DNA of 64,000 nucleotides from NCBI GenBank assembly GCA_964035545.1, contig OZ037765.1, positions 6,644,698 through 6,708,697 on the forward strand, written 5' to 3'. The translations under genes and the position numbers were made by a program. This document shows positions 1 through 28,225 of this stretch, piece by piece (positions within the stretch are counted from its first letter, which is position 1; every line of letters begins with the position of its first letter). Source of the DNA: Bugula neritina. Lineage: Eukaryota; Animalia; Bryozoa. The notes beneath the pieces are model-generated. The model was not told the DNA's origin and made no database searches. It was given only the letters and a program-made list of their open reading frames with translations.

Positions 1-174
1 TGCATACTGCCATGTTATACTCTGTAATGTTGTTTTGTCAGCTCTTATCTCCTGAAAGCATATTTGACATACCTGTTTCCTGTGTCGATTAAGTGGCATT
101 AATATTATTATTGAGCTTCAGGTTTTTATTAATAGTTGTTTGAGGCTAGTCAGTCAGTGTGTGTGTTGCTGCAG

Positions 175-16678
<16,504 letters not shown>

Positions 16679-17425
16679 AGTTTTCTACATGAAGTTTGTA
16701 TCCCAGAATTATCCACGCAAAATATCACATTTATTTTAGTATTCTTCTGATTTTTAGACGCATCATTTATCAGCATACCTTGTAAAGTATGTTTGTATTA
16801 TTGTAGCAAAATCATGGTTTATATGATATGTAAATAAGGGGCTTTCTTTCCTTTTACAGTCATTTTGATAAAATTGGTAATTCAGTTTTTTAATATGCTG
16901 TGAAGCTTTAAATGACTGCCAACAATTTGAATGTGATTACATGTTGGTCTCCTATAATTTTCAATTTTTTAGAAGACAAATTTGTAAATTATTGTGTGCT
17001 TTGCAACATTTACTTAGAATTTTATATTATAAAACTTATATTTATAATATGCAAAATATTCACCGCACTATAAATAATATATACTTACTCATTTAACTGC
17101 ATGGGGTTGCATGACTATGTGCTTAGTAAACTGTGTTAACAATTGTCAGTAGTATTATTTAACACGGTGCCTTTTTTTAGAAATTCTGTACACTTTTGTT
17201 ATCCAATAAAGCCTTTTTACATGTTTATTAAGAAAAAATTGATATGTATAATTATTTTCTACCATCAACATGTACAAAAAAAAGCACAAAATTAAAAACA
17301 TACTTGAAACCTGGTGAATAAATATTCATCATTGATTAGATTTCACCATTTTGGTAAAAAGAAAATAAACTCACTAGAAGAATTAACTATTCGAAGCTTG
17401 ACATGCAGAGCAAGCTGAAATAAAA

Positions 17426-19212
17426 CTATGACTTGTAAATTCTGTAAAGACCCAAGGCTATGGTTAAACTAGAGACTATTGAACCACCAATGAACTTGTA
17501 GATGTCATTCTTGTAGCGTTCAAAAGTAGTCTCCAGAGTGCCTAATTCCGCTGTCATTTTGGTGGTAAGATTGGCTATACTCTTCTCAACCATGGAATGT
17601 TCATCTTTAGACCTGCTCCTCTCCATGTTTATATCTAGAGTCAACTGGTTCTTCACTTGCCTCACATCTTCGGTCATCTGCAAGTGCGAGTTATGTTAAA
17701 TATGTTAAAAAGCAAAACCGTGTGCTCCAGAACAATGCAATAAAATACAATAAAACCACTAATAGATGTTACTTTTACAAGCACATACCTGCGATTTGTG
17801 TTGAGATAACAAGAGTTTCAACTTTTCATTCTCATTTCTCAAGTCACTCAATTCACTTTTTTCTAAGATAGTCATATCTTTACGTAAGGCTCCGATATGA
17901 GCCATAACCTGTTCCCTCATCACGTCCTAAAAACCATCAATGGTACATCATTTTACTCTGCTGATAGTAGTAAAATCTAGCATATCAAGGTTCAATTAAT
18001 GACAATACAATTTAAAATGACAGATGTCTGCCCATATTATGCCAAAATGAATTCGAATTTGCATAGCAGAAAAACCTACAAGAGCAGCTTTTTCAACACA
18101 ATACTTTCTTTGTTCTTTTAAAGCATCATTCATCAACTGTGTAAATGTATAAGTGATACACTCTGCTTGCTCTAGAGTGAATCCTGCAAAAAATAGGAAG
18201 AACTGCTTAAATCTAAAATCAAAATTCTCATTTCCAGCACTTTGTAGTATTATAATTAGAGAATTGAAGCATATTGTTGTTAGACTCTTAAACTAGGGTT
18301 TATGATACAACAGAGTAAAACTGCCTTATAAACATACATACATATTTAATATATCAAGTAACTGAAACTTTCCAATAGCAAAGTAAATATTTTGATAAAA
18401 TTTAAAACTGAGTTGCTTATGTTACTTTACAACATTCATGGACTTGCAAACATTTCAAACAAATAATATATTAAAAGGCCGTTTAAAAGCCCATAAACTA
18501 AATTTTATTATGAGCTATTTTCATTGAATAGATTACAAAATAATTTTGGACGGTTCTAAATATACTGTACAGTTACCTTTTTTTGTAAAGACTTTTATCA
18601 AAGCATAAGTGTCTACCATAATGTTGTCATGGGAAAGTTGTGAAGAACCATACTCAGTTGAATCATAAGATTCAGCAATTTCTTTCTTCAACTCTGGATT
18701 ATGCTCTAATGACTTCCGAACTAGAAAATTTAAATTCACATCAATATATTAAATGTTGAGATACTAAAAATGGTTGATTTAACTTCTACAAAATACTTCT
18801 CCCAACTTCCTTTGCTATCAGAGTCAATAAAGGATCCATCAGAAGTACTAATGCTTTGGCATTTTCAACAATCACACATGAAGTTTGTTCAAAATTACCT
18901 TTTTACAAGATCAAAATGCAAAATGCCCACTTGATAAATTTACTTACTGGATTCATGCAGTAATGTATCTTCGTTTACCGTAACTGAGGAATCATCAGCT
19001 AGTAATAGAGATGTCACAGATAAGTTCCTAGTTTGCTTTAATTTTGAATCGATTAACTGGATATTAGAAGATCTTTTATGACACAGACTTAATTGCCGAA
19101 CACTAGAGAAAGTTCTCAACATGCTTCTGGTGTGTAGGAAGCAAGGTGATGCAACATCTAAAGTTCTAATGGGAACTGTACCAACACAAAGTGCCAGTGA
19201 TGAAATGTTCAT
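17426..19212 (-). CDS. CCDC90B: CCDC90B/MCUR1-family mitochondrial coiled-coil protein (DUF1640)
   Basis: Exons 19212-18948, 18720-18577, 18183-18080, 17926-17789, 17677-17426, phase-consistent. Motifs DTYALIK...GFTLEQAE, RKDMTILEKSELSDLRNENEKLKL and a C-terminal TM (KFIGGSIVSSLTIALGLYR). The basic/Ser-rich N-terminus resembles a mitochondrial presequence. CCDC90B versus MCUR1 orthology is not resolvable by eye. Confidence 0.88.
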
Positions 19213-19599
19213 TCTGTAAAACAAAAATAATCATTTTATTTTTTATTCTTGAATACAAATTCATTTTCAAAATAACTAATTAAAATTAGACCATTGCTAT
19301 TAGCAGTTCATGGTTTAAGCTTTATTTTTCGTTTCAAGTCTAATTTTCAAGTCTGATTGTTCTGAATACTTGGTTAAAAGCAAGATCAACCGTCCTTCAT
19401 TTCAATTATAAACACAGAGGCTTGAGTTATTCTGACCTAATAACAATTATAAATGTGATTATTTTGGACTTTATTATAAGAATGTAACAACTAACATGTA
19501 TCATTATATAATTTATGTCAACATAAACATGAACAACATCAACATGGCATTGCCATGTTTATAAAATAGAATCACAATGATGAACAAAATGATAAATCA

Positions 19600-20040
19600 T
19601 AATCATAATGCCAATGGTAATACACTAATACTAATAGTTAATGGTATAGTAATTGTAATTTCAATACTAACTTTAAATAATTACTATTTTTAGTCAAAAA
19701 TAATATTAAATTTAATATTAGTATAACTAATAGTAATACTAATAGTAATACTAATATCAATAAGAAATAGTAATACTTAGAGTTACACTATCAGTCTTAC
19801 TAATACAGTAAAACTAAAAGTAATACTAATACTATTACTATTTCTATGACTACCACTACCAGTATCAGTATGAGTATGAGTATCAGCATCAGTATTACTT
19901 GCACTATAAGTATAACTTAATGTATAATTCATTTAAACTATAAGTAATGAATACTGCGATTGTGATTATATTATAATACATAACATCAACACGGTGATAG
20001 TCATACTCATACTGATGATCATCATTATCATAATTATTAA
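19600..20040. repeat. 6-bp-periodic TA-rich tract upstream of the CCDC90B-like coding region
   Basis: e.g. taaaac taaaag taatac taatac tattac tatttc tatgac taccac taccag tatcag tatgag tatgag tatcag catcag tattac. Confidence 0.85.
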
Positions 20041-20327
20041 TTAGAAGACTTCGTTACAAGCCATGATGATGAACTGATCCAAAGTCGCTTGAACCAGCAC
20101 TAGGTTGCTGGTCACTGAGAGTCCGTGCATTAGTTTGGTGGTCTCGAGCTTGGAGAATACTGTGTGTAGTGTATACAAATACTGTACTCAGTAACTCCCA
20201 ACTTGGTGCTGATTCTAGCAATATTTGAACATCATAGTCCTTTCTCCCCCATATGGGTCATATCAATGATAGGATCGAATACAAACCAGCAAGGTGAAGG
20301 TTGACCGCCGAGGTCACTCACACTGAA

Positions 20328-20450
20328 CTAGAAACCTGGTAAATGTAGCAAAAGAAGTTATGTTCTCGCAAAAATTATAACTGTGCCCCAAACCAAAATT
20401 TTTAAAGAAAATTAAAGAGCTCAATCTCATAAAATTTCTCTACCTAAATC
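20328..20450 (+). repeat. Dispersed repeat fragment, copy 2 (similar to 1546-1676)
   Basis: aagttatgttctc...ctgtgccccaaacc...aatttctctacctaaat. Confidence 0.65.
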
Positions 20451-22754
20451 AGTAAATAAGTGGTGGTCACAGTAACCTACACCTGAAGTTTGAAACATAA
20501 TGAATTTCATTTAAAAAAATATTAATATCACTACCATAAATTAACATTTTAGGAAACAATTACTTGTAGACTGTGCTATTTTTTTCTTCTTGTCGTGGAA
20601 ACTCTAGCTCACTGGTTAAAAACACAACTCTGGTTAGAATCTGTACAGTCCACTTCAGAGCATGTTTCCAGCATAAAACACATTACAGTAGAATGCTAAC
20701 AATTATAATACAATTGTTTGGGTTCTTTGTCTGCAAGGAGTGGGGGCAGATGTGACGCTTTATGTAAGCTAGTATGAAAGGTACAATAACCCAATACTAA
20801 CAAACCATTGCATAGTACTATAATCGCTTAAAGTAGTAGTGATAGCACTCAAAGTTGTGCAAAAATAATATAATTATAAACAGTTAAATAATGAGGAAAG
20901 TGATTACAAATATTGTATACATAAGAACAAAAACTCAGGAATATATGTACAGTGTACTTCATGTTCAAAGCCTATCACTAATGGTGAGTGGGTAGTTTGG
21001 TGGGATGAGAATAGTTGACTATTATTGTACATCATCATCATACAGATCTATAACAACTTAGTTAAAGTTGGACACCAAATCCTATTACATTTTCTACCCG
21101 CAATGCCAAGAGATTTTTGTTATGAACCTTTAATTTTGTTCTATCAACATACCCGGTCTTTCCATAGATTGATCTCAGTTCAATCTCAGCCAGTTCGATC
21201 CCAAAAATATAGTAGAGAGTACATAGAAAATGTTTTGTCAACCATAATGATTAGCACACAGAAGTTGACAATTATTTATAATTTATATCCTGTAGGCATT
21301 TAAAAGCATGATAGTTAGCAATTATAGGCAAAATGTATTTTTTACTTTTAATGTGTACAAACTGTGAATATTATTTCATGTATGAGAAAAATTAGGGCAC
21401 ACAATATATTTGCTGCTTCAAACTAACTGCTTTGGTAAAAAATCTGGGACTTTGTTGTGCTCAAAACAGATTATTTATTTTGGTTGTCTTATTTTAGCAC
21501 TGGCCATAACAAAAACTAATACTAAGAGGCAATATTGATAAACTAAATTCATGTTAGTCAATTATTGTGCAATGCTGAAGATTAAAATTTTATATGATCG
21601 AAGACTAGTTGCTGTTGGGAAATATAATGTATATACTTGCACCATGACTATAATGTATGCTGTATAGTGCAGTACCTAAAATACCACAAATTATGCTGAT
21701 TTTTGATGCGAAAGTATTAAAAATGAATGGTCAGTTGTGAAAAAATATAAATGTATTTTATAGAACAGACCTCAAATTTGTTTGGTAATAGATTTGGTGG
21801 AGGAAGATAGCAAATGTTAATGATTTTAGTAGAGGGCCATTAAAAGCATGTGCCTGTCTCCAAGATGATTAAGCAACAATGTACAGAATGCGGATGCGAT
21901 GGAAGTGAACTGTTTTGTTGACTAGAACAAACATTTGAAATAGTAATTGTAACAGTAAGTAGGCACTGTCAATATCAAGTAGTTACTTGTTGCATTGATG
22001 ATGTCATGTCACTCCATGAAAAATTTGAACTGAAGATTTCCATTCTGTTAATATAATTTGAAAGGAATGGAAATTATTTAATGTCTAAAATAAGTTCTAC
22101 ACAATCATGGTCTATTGGAAGTACTTCAGTGAATGTAATTGTCATCTTATGAATACCCGTGAGCCAAAAGGTTTGGGTTAGAGTATAGAACTCATTGCTG
22201 GACATTGCTGTATGGAAGTTTCTAGATTGTAATTGAAAAATAAAAGTATTTTATTACACAAATAAGACACATAAAATGCAGCGATTTTTGATGGACATAT
22301 TATTTTTTCCTTTTAATAATCTCTTGTGTATAAGAAGTTGACAACTAAAACAGAAAGTCGTGACACTTCAAAGTGAAGATTATATTAGTTGGTGCTAGAG
22401 AAGCTTTATTACTCAAGAAATATACATAAATTTTGAAAGGTGTGATAACCACAAAAGGCAGATAATATACGGAGAGTCTATTTCAATTTTAACATTCATA
22501 CTAAACGTCATACTTCCCTAGCCATTTAAAAAATAAAATCAATATGAGGACTTGCTGCAATAACCAAGTAGCTTACATAAAGGCAACATTGAATTAGCAG
22601 TATATACCATATCAGAAACATCCAGTGCACATTTATACTTTAATTAACAAATATCAAATGATATCCCCATATCCCATAAGATATGTATGAATTGCCAAAA
22701 TTTGAGTAAATAAAGAGAAAGAAAGAGGAAATGAAGCCAGCCAATAGGATGGAG

Positions 22755-25038
22755 TTATTTATCTACATGGTGAGGAGAGACAGGTTCGTCTACGACCAGA
22801 CTGCTAGTACGATGGGTGACCCTCTTGTGGACCTCCTCAGCCGTCGGTATAGCATTTCCTGTAGACTCGGTAAGTAGCGTCTTTTCCGTCTGTGTCAAGA
22901 TGGCCTTGTGACCCAACTTACTCTTTGTCATATTGTAATCACCAGAGTCAAAGAACTTTTGCTATAATTAGAAAACATAAGCTAAATGAGTATGTAGTAT
23001 AATCAGCAAGATTCTAAAAAATATAGCAATAAGATCGCCAAGTCAGTGTATAATCTGCTTTAAAATTAACTAGATGTGGAAGTGCTTCTTTTTAACATAT
23101 ATAGAACATAATTTTTCTAGAATGTTAAATTTGTACAAGTTCATATAATACAAGTTATACAATCACAGGATGAAAGATCATTATCAATGAGGCATGCATA
23201 CTAATTAAAGTTGTCCCCCCAACTTTACCTAATGAACTTGAAGCTTAAGGGATGAAAAGTGTTTATCCATAACTTAATCATCAACTTTGTGGAAAAAAAT
23301 ATTTGCGGTAAAATTTGAAAAAGGTAAACTTGAAACAATTTGTGTGACTATTTGTTTATCCAGCTAAGTGACAGCTAGGATACAAATTTCATTCCTCATT
23401 GTTAAGAGATCAACTTTAATAGTGGGTTAACTAGAAGATGCACTATCATAGAGGACACAACCCTCAATTAAAAATTTAGTAATGTGGACTAGTAATAAGG
23501 GTTTATTGCAATTGTAAAATTACCAAATATCATTTCAATTTATAGAAACTATTATCTACAAGAGACTATGGCCATTATCTATTATCAAGCTACACAACAA
23601 GTACTTAAATGACAGTCACAACATTTAGTAAGTTCTGGAACATTCCACAAACACATACTCCTTTGTGAATCCTTTTGTGAAGCAGAGCTGATCCACCACC
23701 AGGGGCTCTGTTTAGTTGAGGGTACTTCTTCTTCAACTTCTCCATTTCCTCTGCCTCAGTCTGCGACACAATGAAACACAACCTCTTGAGAAGGAATTTA
23801 CATAATCAATACTAATAATAATATTATGTTGAAAAGAGTGTAGCTGGCTAAACATGCAGTTTTGAAGACACACTTATTTAAAGTTCATCTGAAGAGAGCT
23901 TAATCAGTTTTCTAACAAACTTTATTACACTAACTTCCAACTTAAGTGTAGTGGGTCCACTGAACCACAGATATGAACTGGTAGCACCATAATTTGATTA
24001 GCAGTAATTCTCAACAAAATGGTGTTATTAACCACGTGAGGGGACGTGTAGCAACACCCATCTCTATTTGTCCTCATAGAACTACGTCTTATTTAATTAC
24101 ATTTGATTCAGCAATAACTTCGTATTTAAACAGCTTTAACCTACATTTTCATGTTTTGTCAATGTTATTCAATAATTCAGTAGCCAAACACTTGAGTTTA
24201 AGTCATCGGAAGCCAAAATGTACAACTTTATTGAGCATTGTTGGACAACTCCTATATCCTTATCCCTTACTACTTAGCCTACTGCTACGTATTTTCATGT
24301 ATTTGAACAATGAAGTATATTGTCTAATATCACAACTCAGGAAAATATGATATTTCATCATGATTATACAAATCTAGAATAAAACTAGTGGAGTTTTGAA
24401 GCTGAAGAAGATGGCTCTCAAGGTTAGATAAATAGCTAAACAATGATTTTACTCACATAAAAAGTTACAGTGTTCAGTTCTATTACAATCACTGCAGAGA
24501 AATGAAGTTTTTATAAAATTGTATTCTACACAATTACTATTACGGCTATAACTTTTTAAAAATTACATTCTACTTCTAAATTAAAATTTATATTGGACAG
24601 GAACTTTTTGCTATATAACACAGCATTAAATTACTTCATTAGTTAAGGTTTTGAAGCAAAATTGTCAATAGAATGCATTATTGATAGCTAATCAAAAACT
24701 CTTTTTGATACTTAAGGTTTCTCTATACCTGCATCAAAGTTTAAAACAATACTAAATTTACATTATAGATATTTAGTGCTATGCATTTTCGAAATCGTAT
24801 ATTTAAAATAATATTGGCTGAAAGCAATATACAGAACCAATCCTTTAAAATAATCACAATTGATTCGGAATTATACAAATTTGTGTGGTTATGGAAATGG
24901 GTATTTTATGCAAGTTTACACCAAAAATGCCACAACTAAACTAACATTTACCTGTGCAGGCTGCTTGAACACTTCCGAGTCTTGCTCTTCCCGGCCGGCC
25001 AGACAGGGTTCGTTCTGATTGATATTTTCGTCAGACAT
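22755..25038 (-). CDS. ENSA: Alpha-endosulfine / ARPP-19 family PP2A-B55 inhibitor (131 aa)
   Basis: Exons 25038-24952 (MSDENINQ...KQPAQ), 23760-23659 (TEAEEMEKLKKKYPQLNRAPGGGSALLHKRIHKG), 22961-22755 (QKFFDSGDYNMTKSK...TGNAIPTAEEV...HHVDK*), all phase 0. FDSGDY is the diagnostic Greatwall phosphorylation motif. 5'UTR acceptor at 25150; candidate exon-1 donor GTAAGT at 26976-26971. Confidence 0.95.
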
Positions 25039-25290
25039 GATGATGAAATTAGAAGGGAATATTATAGAATGAGGTCTAACAGTGAGAGTGACAGCTTCAG
25101 CTTTGTGACCTTAACTTTACGGAACTGGATGAGGATTTAAATTTTTTATCTGCAAATACATGAACATGGATATCAAGACTCAAAAATCAATATAGAAATA
25201 TGATCAGCAAGTACAGACCAACTGAAAGTAAAAGTAAGTTTGATTAGCTAAATTTCAAGTGAAATTATCATCTTAAATACTTTACATCAA

Positions 25291-25670
25291 CTAAAGCTCG
25301 ATGTACACAGGCCGATTTTGCAACAAAATCGGCCGAAAAACTGTCAGCCAATTTTGTTGGGCTATAAAATTTATCGGCTGATTTTGCTTTTGGCTGATTT
25401 TTCGACCGCTTTTCACAATTTAGCCTGATCAATTTCTCGCAAATATTCGGTTGAACCAGCCAATCACAAGGTGGCAAAAATCCCCATTGTTGAAATCATT
25501 TCAGGTCAGGGAGCATTTGTACCCAGTCGTGGTCTGGGGTTATATAGACTGAGAGCCATCCGCCAATAAAACGCAAGCAGAAAAATAACGCGGGACATAA
25601 AAATAATTTAGATTTTTCGGCCGATTGCAAAATCAGTCAAAATACCCAGCCTGTGTACATGCACCTTTAG
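25291..25670. mobile_element. MITE-like element with terminal inverted repeats (possibly PIF/Harbinger-type) in the inferred ENSA intron 1
   Basis: Left end ctaaagctcgatgtacacaggc versus right end gcctgtgtacatgcacctttag. Subterminal IR aatcggccgaaaaa / tttttcggccgatt. CpG-rich relative to flanks. The superfamily is a guess from the TAA/TTA context. Confidence 0.72.
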
Positions 25671-26339
25671 TTTACCACTGGTTCATTAGCAATTTTACTT
25701 CAATATAAATCCAACTTACTAAAGTTCAATAAAATAGAAATGGAAGTTTAAATGTCCAGTTTATTCTGCATTAAGATTATAACTTTAAATGTCAGGAAGA
25801 ACTTTGGTTTGTATACTAAATTCAACGGTGAAGTAAAAGTGATTTATATACCTCATGCTAACAATTATCGTCATTCTAATAGTAATAGGCATATAGATCC
25901 AAAAAAATCAAAATCAAGGGTAATAGAAATAGTTATTGAGCAATAATGATTATTGCAATTACAAATACCCTGTCATAGTCATAGACCTGTGCCAATTAAT
26001 TATGTGAATTTCATTATACATATTTAGTGTTTTTTTAAAATAAAACTTACAGTAGAAATTTTAGTTCTGATTATACCTATAGTAGATGTTACAGCCATGA
26101 TCATTTTCATTCAATTCTATTATTAGCAGCATCAGTATGATATAGGCTACTAACTTTAATCAACATTATGATTATAATTGTTTACATTTATTTTTCTTTA
26201 TTACAGTAATAATCTTCCTAACAAACATAATATAAATATATTCATATCAAAATTGGTTATGATCAGATTATTACCAACAATACAATAGCATGATAATAAT
26301 AATTATATATAATCTATCAATTACTATATTACCAGATTT

Positions 26340-26920
26340 AAAAGTTGCCAGTTATAGTAGTAATACTAAATTAATAAAGCATAACTATCACTATGAGTAT
26401 TATTAATAGTAAAACTAATGGTAATAATAATAATTACCACTTATTTATACTAATTCTAGTAATACTAATGGTAATAGCAACAGACATTCACATTTTGATT
26501 TAGCGTCTGCTTAATATTCACATAAACATTGACTTGGTAAATCACTAAATGTAATAGATATAAACTAGTAACATTGACAATAAATGAATATTAATAACAA
26601 TAATAATAATAATTGCTATACTTATACTTATAGTTGAACTTAATGTTACTGTAAGTGTAATCACTTTATCATTTTGATTATACTAAATAAAATTAAATAA
26701 CATAAATCTATTTATAATAATTATTATTATTAAATTTAATATAAATAAATATAAATCACTATTATTACTTAAACTATTATTATAATATTAATATCAATAT
26801 TAATTTAATGATATAAAACTCTAAAAGTAAAACTCACTAAAAGTAAAAGTAAAACTTAAACTAAGAGTAAGAGTAAGTTAAGTCACACTCAACCTGAACC
26901 TCAAGAGCTAAACCTGAAAA
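26340..26920. repeat. 6-bp-periodic TA-rich tract at the 5' end of the inferred ENSA intron 1
   Basis: e.g. aaaagt aaaagt aaaact taaact aagagt aagagt (from ~26839); taatgg taataa taataa; taatac taatgg taatag. Confidence 0.7.
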
Positions 26921-26976
26921 ATTTATTTTATTGGCCCAATCTGAATCTCGACTATAATTATGTGGGTTGCACTTAC

Positions 26977-27340
26977 ACCGAGCTTTAGAAAGTCAAAGTG
27001 AGTTTCATAAAGATAACTGGAATGTTGTCACGGTTATGGTTGCAACAAATCACGTTGAGAGTGCTGAAAGTTAAGAGAAACAATTAACACCGTTGCAGCG
27101 CTAGTACTAGTTTGAAATGATACTAAACGACAAATAGAGTAGACCAATAGCGTTACTGTGTTCGATCGATGATCCAATAGCATGTTTATACTAATTTGCA
27201 TCGATACATTTAATATGTCTGCTTCCAATGAACAGCAATGAGCAGAGCTATTTTTCAACTTGCACAATTATAATTTGTTTAATGCAAAGAAATACATATA
27301 TGTATAAAGTGATAATTATAGGTGTCATGGCTTCCAAGTT
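26977..27340. promoter_or_regulatory. Inferred divergent promoter region of ENSA (-) and PIGO (+)
   Basis: Short CpG-containing window between two periodic tracts and two head-to-head genes. DRE-like CATCGATA at 27199-27206 and CCAAT at ~27144 and ~27174. TSSs are not mapped. Confidence 0.55.
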
Positions 27341-27349
27341 CTACTGATA

Positions 27350-27820
27350 TTATAACTATTAGTTTAAGTTAATAGCTACTAGTAGTAGTACTACTACTAC
27401 TAGTACTACTACTAGCAGTATTACTATTACTATAATACTATTAGTATTAGTATTAGTATTACTATTAGATTTAGTATTAGTATTACTATTACTATTAGTA
27501 TTAGTAGGGCCTATTAGTATTACTATTACTATTAGTATTACTATTAGTGTTAGTGTTACTGTTAGTATTAGATTTACTTTTAGTATTACTATTAGTATTA
27601 GTATTTCTATTAGTACTACTACTAGTACTAGTACTACTATTAGTAGTAGTAGTAGACTAGTAATACTAGTAGTAGTGGTAGTGCCAGTGGTAGTAGTAGC
27701 AGTAGACGTAGTAGTACTAGTAGTAGTAGTACTACTACTACTAGTACTAGACTACTAGTAGTACTAGTAGTAGTACTAGTATTTATTGGTATTATTAATA
27801 CTAATAGTAATAGTAATAGC
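27350..27820. repeat. 6-bp/3-bp-periodic (tattag/tattac/tagtag/tactac) tract upstream of the PIGO coding region
   Basis: Directly visible run of tattag tattac tgttag tactag tagtag units over ~470 bp. Confidence 0.95.
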
Positions 27821-28225
27821 ATTTCCTTTTTTGCACATTCTATTTTTCTTGGTTTTTATTTATATACAAAATTTATTGCAGCATATGAAAAGCTACTATG
27901 CTAAAGCTGATAGAGAGTTGTATCATGAATGATGAATATTTATGTGTAAAAGTAAAACTAAAAGATTACCAGCTCAGTATTATATTTCATTAGGCTATAA
28001 AGGTTTTTTGGTATCTAAGCTTATATTTTAACAGCAGGTGTTTGAATTTAATAAAAAAAAACATTTGAAGCATTTAACAAGTGTAGTTTAGTTTTGGTGG
28101 CAATGTGCATTGCGCCACTAAAACAGTAACAATGCTATTAAGTATTATGACTGTATACTTTTTACCTGCTGTTTATATTGCTTTAAATATTTTACTCTGT
28201 TTTAGAGTCTGTGTTGTGGTAGACA

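Noticed and set aside
20063-20212. Box C/D snoRNA
   Set aside because: C and D box words are present but there is no terminal stem, recognisable guide or sense-strand host intron; kept only as a low-interest island.
27640-27822. Poly-Leu/Val ORF that looks like a signal peptide or TM protein
   Set aside because: Translation of the periodic tag/tac tract; no coding or splice support.
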